This document shows positions 49,300 through 59,162 of a stretch of DNA of 61,385 nt, one piece after another; within the stretch, counting starts at the first letter, position 1; every line of letters begins with the position of its first letter. This DNA comes from a virus. Lineage: Duplodnaviria > Caudoviricetes. Below the pieces are notes generated by a model that worked only from the letters and a program-made list of their open reading frames with translations, had not been told where the DNA came from and ran no database searches. Made by a program: the position numbers and the translations under genes. The stretch spans positions 1 through 61,385 of the IMG/VR virus record IMGVR_UViG_3300040802_000030; one strand, 5' to 3'.

Positions 49300-49826
49300 T
49301 AACTATTCTCCAAAAATTTATTTATATCCTTACCATATTTTTTTATATATTGTTTTATTTTTTCATCAGACCAATTCCACCATTTTATTTCTAAAAGCTT
49401 TTCTATAATCTTATCATCAAATCTTTTTTTAATTTCTCTTATTGGATTTCCTATTGCAATTGAATAAGGTGAAATTGATTTACTAACAACAGCATTTGTT
49501 CCTATTACTGCTCCATCACCTATTGTAACACCTGATAATATTGTTACTCCTCTCCCTATCCACACATCATTTCCTATTATAACATCACCTTTTGTTAATG
49601 CCACATTATCAACATCCATATTCCATGCTTGTTTAAATGGATATGTACTTACAATTTTATAATTATGTTCTCCACCTAAAAAAATATTTACATCACCAGA
49701 AATAGAGCAAAATTTACCTATTTCTAGTTTACCAAATACACTCCATTCGATGATACATGGCTGACCGTATGTCCAATTACCTATTTTATATTTTTTGTAT
49801 TGTTCAGATTTATTAGTGAATTTCAT
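49299..49826 (-). CDS. CatB/Vat-related hexapeptide-repeat O-acetyltransferase
   Basis: IGKFCSI, EH, STYPF, IGNDVWIG, GNP, WW.W. Confidence 0.85.
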   Translation of the reverse strand: MKFTNKSEQYKKYKIGNWTYGQPCIIEWSVFGKLEIGKFCSISGDVNIFLGGEHNYKIVSTYPFKQAWNMDVDNVALTKGDVIIGNDVWIGRGVTILSGVTIGDGAVIGTNAVVSKSISPYSIAIGNPIREIKKRFDDKIIEKLLEIKWWNWSDEKIKQYIKKYGKDINKFLENS

Positions 49827-50619
49827 TCAAAGCTCTTTCAAGATAAATAGTAAAATTGTGATTTTTCTTTATATCTTCATATACTGAAATTTCAAACTCT
49901 TTTCTTGCCTTGTCATTATTTAACCAATATTCACAATCTTGTGGAAATTTATCAAATAAGATAAAATGTTTTCCAGGTTCATAAGGATAATAATCAATAT
50001 GATTATCCATCATAAGAAATTTTTTCTTAGATATTATCAATAACATATGTAATGGAGGAAGTACCCATTTATTATAACCTTTTATCATAAGATTAATTTT
50101 TGAATCAATAATATATTTATCTCTTTTTATACCAAAACAACCCTCTCTAAAATAGGTAATAAGATGTTTATTTTGATTTATCCATTTATTTCTATATGTA
50201 GGATTTCCTGAACCAAAAAGAAAAAAATTATTTTGGTTATGAGAAATAGATAAATCAGTCTCAAATGACTTAGACCAACCAAGGGGGCATAATATTGATT
50301 TTTTTGGATAATTTCTATGAACATGATTAAATATATCAAAAATATGGTCAAATTGTGACCTTATTTTTATAGCTTTTTCTTCATTTCTCCATTGCTCCAT
50401 ACAGAAAAATATATTTAATGAACTTTTAGATAGAGGTAAAATTTCAGCTTTACCCATTATAATTATTGTTATTTCATTAGGTATATATGGTGAGGGTTTT
50501 TTTCCAAAAACTATATGATCTACTTGATGTCCTAATTCTTCTAATGAATGTTTTAATGCGTTAGTAGTTTCTATAAAGGTACCTTTCATACCACTTACAC
50601 AAATATTAAATTTTGACAT
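49813..50619 (-). CDS. Putative glycosyltransferase (GT-B-like)
   Basis: LEELGH, LFGS...R, RD..I..SKINL, PGKHF pattern. Confidence 0.55.
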   Translation of the reverse strand: MSKFNICVSGMKGTFIETTNALKHSLEELGHQVDHIVFGKKPSPYIPNEITIIIMGKAEILPLSKSSLNIFFCMEQWRNEEKAIKIRSQFDHIFDIFNHVHRNYPKKSILCPLGWSKSFETDLSISHNQNNFFLFGSGNPTYRNKWINQNKHLITYFREGCFGIKRDKYIIDSKINLMIKGYNKWVLPPLHMLLIISKKKFLMMDNHIDYYPYEPGKHFILFDKFPQDCEYWLNNDKARKEFEISVYEDIKKNHNFTIYLERALNEIH

Positions 50620-51322
50620 TTTTTTTCACATATCCATATTTTTCTAATGCCCAATCAGCGATTCTTTTTAATAATGAATTTTCATACTCTTTTACTATTG
50701 TATCTTCTGTTACATTTTTCTCACCAAAAGAATTAAAAAAGGCATGATATGAATAAGCATTTGGTATTGGACTATCTCTAAGAATATAAGGTATCTTTTC
50801 TCTTTTGTGTGGACTAACAGGATAAAATTCCTTCGGATTATATGTACTTTTTAATCCACGTTTTTTACAGCAGTCTGAAAAAACTCTAACATTTCCCCAT
50901 GTTTTTTTGGCTCTAGTTATAGCACAATCTAATACTGGATGATTAGGTGGTACTCTTAAAACACCAACTGATGATATTAATTGTTCTGATTCAGATACTA
51001 AACACCACTTTTCATCTGGCCAGTGTTTTAAAGCTATTGCATCACAATCAGCAGTATATTCTCCAGTTTTTTTCATAAATTCATATTGAAAAATAGTAGA
51101 AATGGTTCTAAAATTCCAACCTGTTGCCAATTTTTCAGCTACATTAAGATATTTATTAGAATCTTCAAATACTACTGGCATATCATCAACCCAAAACTTA
51201 TTTTTAGGTTTTTTGTCATGTGTCCACATAATTACATTATGACCAACTTTTAAGTGTGATGCTATTGTTACCCTATTTATAAACTGCCAACTCGGGCCAC
51301 TCCAAAAAAAATTTACATTCAT
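50606..51322 (-). CDS. Glycosyltransferase, DxD (GT32-like)
   Basis: FFWSG, SHL..GH, G.Y.ADCD, FYP, YSYH. Confidence 0.65.
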   Translation of the reverse strand: MNVNFFWSGPSWQFINRVTIASHLKVGHNVIMWTHDKKPKNKFWVDDMPVVFEDSNKYLNVAEKLATGWNFRTISTIFQYEFMKKTGEYTADCDAIALKHWPDEKWCLVSESEQLISSVGVLRVPPNHPVLDCAITRAKKTWGNVRVFSDCCKKRGLKSTYNPKEFYPVSPHKREKIPYILRDSPIPNAYSYHAFFNSFGEKNVTEDTIVKEYENSLLKRIADWALEKYGYVKKNVKI

Positions 51323-52260
51323 TTTATATACTCTAAAAACTCCTTTGCTCTTATTTTTGCCGTATGTTTACTATGAATTAAATCGTAACCATTTCTTGAT
51401 ATTTCATCTACTCCATTTTTTAAATAATATTCAACCTTTTCTATTACATCTTTTTCATTTTTTATTTGCACCATATTTGTATCAGGAATGAATCCCAAAT
51501 TTTTAAGTTCATTATTGTAATCAGAAAAAAGACAAGAATTTGACCCTGGTATTTCAAAAAATTTCAATACCGGATATTGTAAGGAACTTAAACATGAAAA
51601 GGTGATTTTTGCAGAATTAATTAATTTTGCATAATCAATACCTACAGGCCATTTTTCAGATTTTTTATCAAATGTTTCTCCAGGTCTACCAATTTTTTTA
51701 AAATATTCTTTATCTTTGAGAGTTTGTGTGATCATCCATCTTACAGGATATATTTTTTCATGAACTCTACCTATCATTAGAGTCTCAATTTCTTTTTTCA
51801 ATTTATAATCATAAAATACATTATCATCTATACTATGAGGCAACCATAAAATTTTAGACCTACCTAAATGGGAATGTCTTTTTAAAAATCCATTTCTATA
51901 TCTACAAAAAAATATAGAAAAACCACATTCTTGTAACTTTCTTGAATATATTGGATTTGGTCCGTGTTGATCTTCAAATAATGCCATTTTTATAGGACCT
52001 TTTACTTTTTCCCATTCCTCGTTCATAAAAGCAAATGGTGCATCAACCATTATATGACTATAATTTTTAAGTTTTTTAGGGTCAATAAGCTTTTCATCTT
52101 GAAATCCACCTAAACATAGATTTTGATATGTACCAGCAACAACATGAAGTTTTCTCATTATAACATCAACATCTGCTATTTTTGAAACCTCAACTCTTAA
52201 TGGATCGAAAATAGAAGCAATTCTATTACTTCTATCAATTGTTACCCATAATATTCTCAT
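51319..52260 (-). CDS. Glycosyltransferase (CgeB/Glyco_trans_1_2-like)
   Basis: WLPHSID, YP.R, DYAKLINSAKI, KFFEIPG, GYDLI...HT..R. Confidence 0.75.
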   Translation of the reverse strand: MRILWVTIDRSNRIASIFDPLRVEVSKIADVDVIMRKLHVVAGTYQNLCLGGFQDEKLIDPKKLKNYSHIMVDAPFAFMNEEWEKVKGPIKMALFEDQHGPNPIYSRKLQECGFSIFFCRYRNGFLKRHSHLGRSKILWLPHSIDDNVFYDYKLKKEIETLMIGRVHEKIYPVRWMITQTLKDKEYFKKIGRPGETFDKKSEKWPVGIDYAKLINSAKITFSCLSSLQYPVLKFFEIPGSNSCLFSDYNNELKNLGFIPDTNMVQIKNEKDVIEKVEYYLKNGVDEISRNGYDLIHSKHTAKIRAKEFLEYIK

Positions 52261-53093
52261 ATCATTCTATTCCATTTTCCATAAAATCTTTTTCTACTTT
52301 CTTCAGCCCATATTTTGTTATATCTATTTTCTCTATATTTTGGAGTATTACCTCTTGAATCATTAAGAGCTTTAAATCCTGGTATACATAACATTCCTAT
52401 TTTCCAACCAGCTTTTCTTATTTGCATACAGAAATCCAAATCACCCCATCCAACAAAATAACCTGGGTCAAGGTCACAAGTATCAAAAATTTCTCTTTTC
52501 ATAACCATCGTACCAGAACCAACTGCATCACCAAAATCAAAAGGAGGTGTTGGTTGTCTTGGAATCATTCTATTACCAATTGCATCCCAAAAATTTAAAT
52601 TAGGGGAGCACCAAAATGTAACAGCACCAATATCTGAATTGTCTTTAAGAATTGATATTTGTGATTCAATAGAACCAGGAGGAAAAAACATATCATCATC
52701 TGTTGTCATTATATAAGGTGTATTATACTCTAATGCTTTATGAACCATTTCATGTCTTGGTTGTCCTGAACCTCTATTTTCTTCGTTATAAAAAATACTT
52801 GTTTCTTGAAAATTTTTCTTTGCAGTCTTTTTGATTAATTTTCTATCACTATTACCTAAAAGTTCTGATCCTTGAACTCTTAATGATAAATTAGACTTAA
52901 TAAATCTGGAATCACCCCAATGATTCATCATTTCTAATAACTTATTTGTTCTATAAAGAGACAACATCGCAACACTTAATATTGTTTCTTTTTCATTCAT
53001 TACCTCTTTTAAAGAATAAAAATTAGGTAATTTTTTATTATCAAATTTATTCCAAACAATATTCAAATTTTCAATAATTTGGTCTTTCAACAC
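52257..53093 (-). CDS. GT2-family glycosyltransferase
   Basis: TTDDD, YFVGWGDLDFC..RKAGW. Confidence 0.75.
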   Translation of the reverse strand: MLKDQIIENLNIVWNKFDNKKLPNFYSLKEVMNEKETILSVAMLSLYRTNKLLEMMNHWGDSRFIKSNLSLRVQGSELLGNSDRKLIKKTAKKNFQETSIFYNEENRGSGQPRHEMVHKALEYNTPYIMTTDDDMFFPPGSIESQISILKDNSDIGAVTFWCSPNLNFWDAIGNRMIPRQPTPPFDFGDAVGSGTMVMKREIFDTCDLDPGYFVGWGDLDFCMQIRKAGWKIGMLCIPGFKALNDSRGNTPKYRENRYNKIWAEESRKRFYGKWNRMI

Positions 53094-54348
53094 TTTTTAA
53101 TATTTCCTCTCTTTTATCTAATACTTGTCTTTTTCTACCATATGTCCATTCAGTATTTGTGACATTTTTACTATAAAAATCTGGGTAATAAGCATCTTTT
53201 CTTCCCCAATTATCACCAATTTCATCTAATACAATTTTCCATTTTTTATTATCCCATCCAAAAATATCCCAAATAAATAGTAACTTTTTTTGATTTCTTG
53301 GTGTGCTTTTTGTATGCCAAAGATGAAATATCTTTGATTTTATATTAGAAAATCTATAACCATACATTTCCAATTTTGCCCAAAAAGCATTATCTTCACC
53401 ACCCCAAGTATCTATAAAATCTTCTGGAATACCCTTTAATTCAAAAAATATTTTTCTTGGACATATTGTTATACCACCTGCTGCGGTATTAATAGATGGT
53501 GTTTTAATTGATTCCTGTCTTAAATCACCCATTTTATTTATAAGTATTTTTTGAGTTGATTCTTCATCAAAACAAATAATTTTTTTCCAACCAACTTTCG
53601 GAGTATTAATATATTTAACTTCATTCCACCATTCTTTTGTAACTATTATATCACAATCCATAATTATCAAACTTTTACCAGTTGATAATTTTTTAGCCGC
53701 TCTATTTATAGCCCATCCACGATGAAATGGTTTATTATATTCTTCATATAAGTATTTTATATCATCATCCATATATAAATTTCTTTCAGGACCAATTTCA
53801 AAAATGCATATTTCTATATTAAAATCGGGGTCATTAAATCTTAATGATTCAATACATTTTTCTAATAAAAAATATCTTTCATCTGAATGCATATATGGTA
53901 TAATGATGGAAATTGTTTCTTTTTTTCCTATAATATCTACATTTTCATCATCATTTTCATCATCATTTTCTATAAATTGATAAATTTTATGATTTTCTTT
54001 TTCAATAAATTTTTGATATTCATCATCATTACTACATATAGAATTTGCTTTAATAATTAACTTATTTTTATCCATATTATCAAATTCCTGAAATTCCTCT
54101 ATAACACCATTATTTAATGAATATATATTTGTTTCTTTTTTATATTTTTTTAATAATATATCATATATTTTTTTTACTCTTGATTCTCTCCAACATGACA
54201 TTCCAGGTATAATCATTTCTTCTTCATCTTTTTCTTGTTTTTTTGTTATTATATTAGGACCACCCGTTATAATGGTTAGTCTTTCATTTCTTGGTTTACC
54301 AATTACCTTTGCATTTGATCTTATTCTTGGGTCAATTTGTTTAATCAT
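53071..54348 (-). CDS. GT2/GT7-like glycosyltransferase
   Basis: SIIIPY, F.RGWAIN, MDCD, WGGED, HLWH. Confidence 0.75.
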   Translation of the reverse strand: MIKQIDPRIRSNAKVIGKPRNERLTIITGGPNIITKKQEKDEEEMIIPGMSCWRESRVKKIYDILLKKYKKETNIYSLNNGVIEEFQEFDNMDKNKLIIKANSICSNDDEYQKFIEKENHKIYQFIENDDENDDENVDIIGKKETISIIIPYMHSDERYFLLEKCIESLRFNDPDFNIEICIFEIGPERNLYMDDDIKYLYEEYNKPFHRGWAINRAAKKLSTGKSLIIMDCDIIVTKEWWNEVKYINTPKVGWKKIICFDEESTQKILINKMGDLRQESIKTPSINTAAGGITICPRKIFFELKGIPEDFIDTWGGEDNAFWAKLEMYGYRFSNIKSKIFHLWHTKSTPRNQKKLLFIWDIFGWDNKKWKIVLDEIGDNWGRKDAYYPDFYSKNVTNTEWTYGRKRQVLDKREEILKSVERPNY

Positions 54349-54354
54349 TTTTAT

Positions 54355-54401
54355 AAAAAAATAGTGGATTGATTGAAAATTATACTAATCAATCCACTAT
54401 T
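54355..54401 (-). terminator. Rho-independent terminator after sqdB
   Basis: 15-bp stem AATAGTGGATTGATT/AATCAATCCACTATT followed by a U-run on the minus strand. Confidence 0.65.
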
Positions 54402-54403
54402 AT

Positions 54404-55570
54404 TTATCTCCAAGTTATTTTTGGTATTACTACATTTCTAAGTGGATATAATTCACTATTTGCAATAGGAATTAACTTTGATAAAAGATATCTTATTTCC
54501 TCATCAACTGTTCTTGTTGGTCTAAAACCTAATGATAAAAGTTTATCAACATATGGTGTATACTCAAAACCATGTGTTGCTTCTGCTCTTGGTGTGGGTA
54601 TACTTTCTACTTTTACAGTTAAACCAAATTTCTTACCATTATTAACTACAGCACCAGCCAATGATACAATATTCCAAATATCATCTAATTGATTCCAAGT
54701 TCTATAAACACCCTCTTTTGGTGGATTTTCTATCGCTAACATAAGACATTGAATTGAATCAGTTATTGAAAGATAGCCTCTTGATTGCATACCATCACCA
54801 TATACTGTTAATGGTTCTCCCAATACTGCTTGAACAACAAAACGATTTAATACAGTTCCAAAACATTCATCCGAATCCAATCTTGTATTTGTTTGATACT
54901 TTTCAAGTTCGGGTGTCCAGTTTCCATAAACAACACCTTGCATGATATCAGTTGCCCTTAAACCCCACCATCTACAAGCACAATCCATATAATATGTTGC
55001 GGCTACTTTACTCGCATGATAAAAGCTTCCTGGTCTACGAGGAAATATAACATTTCTCGCAACTCTATTATTTAATTGAAGGTCAAATGTTCCCTCTGGT
55101 ATATCTGTACCCATTGCTGGGTCATACTCACCCATTGAACCAATTTGAATTAAATGAATTTTTGGGTTAAACTCTTTAATAAAATACAGCATATTAAGAG
55201 TTCCAATCAAATTATTAGTGGTTGTTTCTTCAGCATCTTTTCTTGATTTTAGAGAAAATGGTGCGGAGGGTTGTTGTGCCAAATTTACAATAATATCAGG
55301 TACATTATCTGATAATAATTCACATAAAGCATCATAATTTTCATGTAAAGAATGTCTATATGATGTAAAATCACCTATCTTTTTTAATATTTTAACTCTT
55401 TTTTCAGGGTCATCAATCTCTACAGCAGAAAAAGAACCCATTAACTCAACATTTTTTCTTCTTGAGTAATCATCAATACCTATAACTTTATAACCTCTTG
55501 TTAACAATCTCAAAGTTAGGGCGTATCCTAAATAACCGTCCCAACCACAAACTAATACCGTTTTTTTCAT
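54404..55570 (-). CDS. sqdB: UDP-sulfoquinovose synthase-like SDR (SqdB/SQD1/Agl3 family)
   Basis: DGYLG, QPSAPFS, GSMGEY, PGSFYHASK, WGLRATD..QG.VYG, FGTVLNRF..QA..G.PLTVYG.G.Q.RG. Confidence 0.85.
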   Translation of the reverse strand: MKKTVLVCGWDGYLGYALTLRLLTRGYKVIGIDDYSRRKNVELMGSFSAVEIDDPEKRVKILKKIGDFTSYRHSLHENYDALCELLSDNVPDIIVNLAQQPSAPFSLKSRKDAEETTTNNLIGTLNMLYFIKEFNPKIHLIQIGSMGEYDPAMGTDIPEGTFDLQLNNRVARNVIFPRRPGSFYHASKVAATYYMDCACRWWGLRATDIMQGVVYGNWTPELEKYQTNTRLDSDECFGTVLNRFVVQAVLGEPLTVYGDGMQSRGYLSITDSIQCLMLAIENPPKEGVYRTWNQLDDIWNIVSLAGAVVNNGKKFGLTVKVESIPTPRAEATHGFEYTPYVDKLLSLGFRPTRTVDEEIRYLLSKLIPIANSELYPLRNVVIPKITWR

Positions 55571-55594
55571 AATTTATCTTATTTCTCCTACAGT

Positions 55595-56452
55595 TTATTT
55601 AAAAAAACTATTATTCTTCATAATACCTAATTTTGATTCAGCTATTTCTATATAAGATGGATTTATTTCAAATCCTATCCAATTTCTTTTTAATCTCATT
55701 GCAGCTAAACCTGTTGTTCCTGAGCCAAAAAATGGATCAATTACTAAATCACCCTCATCTGTAAGTGCATTTATAAAAAATGCTGGCAATTCAACATGAT
55801 ATGGTGCTGGGTGTTTTTCACCACATGGTTTAGGAAAATTAAAAATATTATTTGGTATTTTACCAATAGGATTTAATTTTCTTGTTACAGTTTTTCTTTT
55901 TGTTATTACACCATCATCATTGACCGTTGTTGCACCTGAATATGTAATTTCACCACCCTTTTTATCAGCTGATTCTAATGTGGAATCAGCATAAGGAATG
56001 CGAACATTATCCATTCTAAATTTTATTTTTGATGGGTCTTTACAGAAATGAAATATATATTCAGTGCTTGAATTAAATCTTTTATCATTACCACTAGGTA
56101 ATGGATTATCCTTTACCCAATAATATCTATCATAAAATGACAATCTTGTTTGTTTAGGTTCAAGTTGTGATTTTGATACCAAATGATAAATATATGGATG
56201 TCTTACCTTATCAATACAAAAATCATTTATATTTAATATGAATGACCCTGATGATTTCAACACTCTATGAATTTCACGAAAATAAGGTAAGAACCATTCT
56301 ACATAATTATCTGGATGATAAATATTTACTTTCTTTCCATAAAATTTTGCTTTTTCATAAGGTGGGGATGTAACTACTAAATCTACATAATTGTTGGGTA
56401 ATTCTTTCATAGATTGAAGCGAATCACCCAACACTATTTTATTAACTTCCAC
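55595..56452 (-). CDS. Site-specific DNA methyltransferase (N4-C/N6-A, beta class)
   Basis: TSPPY, then HPA.., DPFFGSGTTG. Confidence 0.88.
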   Translation of the reverse strand: MEVNKIVLGDSLQSMKELPNNYVDLVVTSPPYEKAKFYGKKVNIYHPDNYVEWFLPYFREIHRVLKSSGSFILNINDFCIDKVRHPYIYHLVSKSQLEPKQTRLSFYDRYYWVKDNPLPSGNDKRFNSSTEYIFHFCKDPSKIKFRMDNVRIPYADSTLESADKKGGEITYSGATTVNDDGVITKRKTVTRKLNPIGKIPNNIFNFPKPCGEKHPAPYHVELPAFFINALTDEGDLVIDPFFGSGTTGLAAMRLKRNWIGFEINPSYIEIAESKLGIMKNNSFFK

Positions 56453-56470
56453 TTATTTTCTCCTTACAGA

Positions 56471-58015
56471 TTATTTTTCACCGGCCAACACTTGTTTTAA
56501 ACCTTTTTCTATTGGATATGGTCCTTTTATACCAGTTCCTTCAAAAATAAAACTTATTCTTGATGAACTATTTGTACCTGTTCTAAGATTATAATACTTT
56601 TTACCATCATTGTAAACACCCTCTAACATCAATATACTGATTGTATAAAAATCTGCTTGAGGTTTTATTTTAACACCAAGAATTTCAACTTTGGGTTTTG
56701 ACTTATTATCTTTTAGAAATGTATCAATAGTTCCCAAATAGGCATAAGAATGTCCACTTCCGTAATTACCATAAACTTTCCATAAAGGCAGTTTAGTACC
56801 ACCAAATAACATTTCAGCAATCAATCTATTTACTGTTTCTGCTACACTTTTTTCATTATTAACCATATCTACTAATGTTCTGACAGTTAAATAATTACTT
56901 ATAAGAGTAAAAACAGCGGTTGATGGTTTACTCTTAAATTTTTTCAATGGTTTTAATGTCTCACTTATTAATGCTATAGTCTCATTTGTACCGACTGAAT
57001 TTTCAAGTTTTTTAACTTGTTTGTTTACAGCAGTTATTGCCATTGATGGATTTTGTGAAATTGTATCAATTACAGCTTGTGTTGGTGCTGTTATTGACCC
57101 CTCATTCAATTCTTTACTCATTCTAATACTTTCAGATTCACTAGCACCAATTTCAACAAAAAAGTCTCTTACATACTCTTGTGGAGGAGTTTTACTTGTA
57201 AATATCTTTAACCATTTACTATTAAAACTTTTCATTGCTGACTTAATAGCTGCTGTTACTTTATTCCAAATATCAATTGCCATATTTTTAATTCTATCCC
57301 AAATACCTTCACTAATAAATCCGGTATCTAATAGTCTTATGGCACATGTATCATTTTCTTCAGTTAATGTCTTTACTGCAACATCTACATCATCACCAAA
57401 TTCAAGATTTCTCTTTAAGAAATTAGTGATTTTTCCAAGTTGAGCACCCTTTTCTGATTTCTTTAAAGATACTTGAATAATTTTAACACCACCAGCTAAA
57501 GTAATGTATTCAAGTTTACTATCTGGTTCAACTTTACCTTTTTTCAATGCTTCTAGAGTCGCATCCGCTGAAACTGTTGATATAATACAATCGGCAGTAT
57601 TTGCCTTTGCACCTGGAATTTCACCTAGAACTTGTTTTTCAATTTTATAATATGTATCTATTTGATTATGAATAAAATTTGGTTTATTACCAACAATTCT
57701 TCTTCCAATTTTTTGCATAAACTCATTCATACCAGATACTAACGCAAAAAGGTCAACAATTTCTTCTACCTGATGTTTCTTTAAACTTTTTATCTGTTCT
57801 TTACCACCTGGATTCCAATCATATGATTTATTAAGATATGATTTTAATAATTCAAGTGCCTTCATGTAATCAATTTCTTTAATATTTTTCGCGTTTGCTA
57901 ATATTTCATTTGCTTTTTTAGCATCTGAATCACTACAAACAATACCTATCATAGAAGCGGTTTCTAAAAAGTCTGTTCTTTTATCTTCATTTAAAATGTG
58001 TTCTTCAAATCTCAT
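56471..58015 (-). CDS. Hypothetical protein, possible PD-(D/E)xK-like nuclease and internal head protein
   Basis: TADCIIS...QVSLKK; N-terminus MRFEEHILNE. Confidence 0.4.
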   Translation of the reverse strand: MRFEEHILNEDKRTDFLETASMIGIVCSDSDAKKANEILANAKNIKEIDYMKALELLKSYLNKSYDWNPGGKEQIKSLKKHQVEEIVDLFALVSGMNEFMQKIGRRIVGNKPNFIHNQIDTYYKIEKQVLGEIPGAKANTADCIISTVSADATLEALKKGKVEPDSKLEYITLAGGVKIIQVSLKKSEKGAQLGKITNFLKRNLEFGDDVDVAVKTLTEENDTCAIRLLDTGFISEGIWDRIKNMAIDIWNKVTAAIKSAMKSFNSKWLKIFTSKTPPQEYVRDFFVEIGASESESIRMSKELNEGSITAPTQAVIDTISQNPSMAITAVNKQVKKLENSVGTNETIALISETLKPLKKFKSKPSTAVFTLISNYLTVRTLVDMVNNEKSVAETVNRLIAEMLFGGTKLPLWKVYGNYGSGHSYAYLGTIDTFLKDNKSKPKVEILGVKIKPQADFYTISILMLEGVYNDGKKYYNLRTGTNSSSRISFIFEGTGIKGPYPIEKGLKQVLAGEK

Positions 58016-58027
58016 TTTAGCTCCTAA

Positions 58028-58585
58028 TTACTTTTCTATATTAAATATTCTTTTTAAAGCTTGTACATAATTTTGTATCTTATTACCCACATCAGTAGAT
58101 ATAGTTTTACTTACAACTGATAAATGTCCAATAGCCTTTTTAACTCTTGTTATTACATCTTCTGTATCTTTTTTAATGTTCGCACCGACATGCCAACCAG
58201 TTAAAGCATCTATCATATGAATTGGACCAGTAATAAAATGCATAGTTAAAGTATCTAATTTTAAAAGAAAATCAATAAATTGTTCTTTCGTTATTTCTTT
58301 ATTAGCAATTTCCTTTACTCTCTCTTTTGCTGTTTTATCACCTGTCATAGCTTTCATCGCATACCAAATTAACTGGGCAATATTCTTACCACCTTTTGCC
58401 AATACTTGTATAATACCAGCATCGGACGCATGAGTATGTAAACCCAATTTACCCAATAGACCATTTATCTTACCTATGACATTTCCTTCTGCTTCGTTTA
58501 TGACATTAAAATCTTCATAAAATACAGACATTTCGATTAGTTTAACAATTAAATCTTCATCTTTCAAGTAATTATCAAATCTCAT
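58028..58585 (-). CDS. Hypothetical protein, possible internal head protein
   Basis: N-terminus MRFDNYLKDE, internal INE. Confidence 0.5.
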   Translation of the reverse strand: MRFDNYLKDEDLIVKLIEMSVFYEDFNVINEAEGNVIGKINGLLGKLGLHTHASDAGIIQVLAKGGKNIAQLIWYAMKAMTGDKTAKERVKEIANKEITKEQFIDFLLKLDTLTMHFITGPIHMIDALTGWHVGANIKKDTEDVITRVKKAIGHLSVVSKTISTDVGNKIQNYVQALKRIFNIEK

Positions 58586-58824
58586 TTTTCTACTTCCTGT
58601 CGTGTTTTTTTACATTCTTCCAAGAATGTTTTATTCCACAAATCCTCACCATTGGATAAACAAGTTTTACAAATATAGATATCAAGATAGCCGTTATCAA
58701 GTTTCACATAAACTTCTGATGGTTTATTACAAACATCGCATTTATAATCGGTTAGATATAACTCGTTACCTTTATCATCTTTTTCAAAAGTTCTAAAATT
58801 TTTCATTGTACTCATTATATACAT
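58582..58824 (-). CDS. Small zinc-finger protein
   Basis: CDVC...CKTC. Confidence 0.6.
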   Translation of the reverse strand: MYIMSTMKNFRTFEKDDKGNELYLTDYKCDVCNKPSEVYVKLDNGYLDIYICKTCLSNGEDLWNKTFLEECKKTRQEVEK

Positions 58825-58845
58825 AACAAATTCTCCTTTAACATT

Positions 58846-59109
58846 TTATTCACCATCTAATGCTGGTATTCGTGGTTTCTTACCTTCCGATTTCATCTTA
58901 TTGTAATCGTCCCAATACCTTGTTCTATTACCATCCCAATCAACAATATCAGTTTTAGGATTATATTTCAATTTAAAATTTCTTGTGTTTGCACATCGAA
59001 ACATTAATATATTACAATGTGGACAACGAGGATTCTCGTCGTCCACTTTCATATATACATCAATTTCTTCGTGTCCACATTTCTTACAATACACATCATA
59101 TATAGGCAT
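58846..59109 (-). CDS. FmdB-family zinc-ribbon protein
   Basis: MPIYDVYCKKCG...CPHC. Confidence 0.75.
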   Translation of the reverse strand: MPIYDVYCKKCGHEEIDVYMKVDDENPRCPHCNILMFRCANTRNFKLKYNPKTDIVDWDGNRTRYWDDYNKMKSEGKKPRIPALDGE

Positions 59110-59162
59110 CTTATTTCCTCAACAACAATTCATTATTTTTTCCCACCACTTTCTTAACCAGT

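Noticed and set aside
49299-49826. Antibiotic-resistance gene (catB/vat)
   Set aside because: The hexapeptide acetyltransferase fold is shared with sugar O-acetyltransferases, and the gene sits among glycosyl- and methyltransferases.
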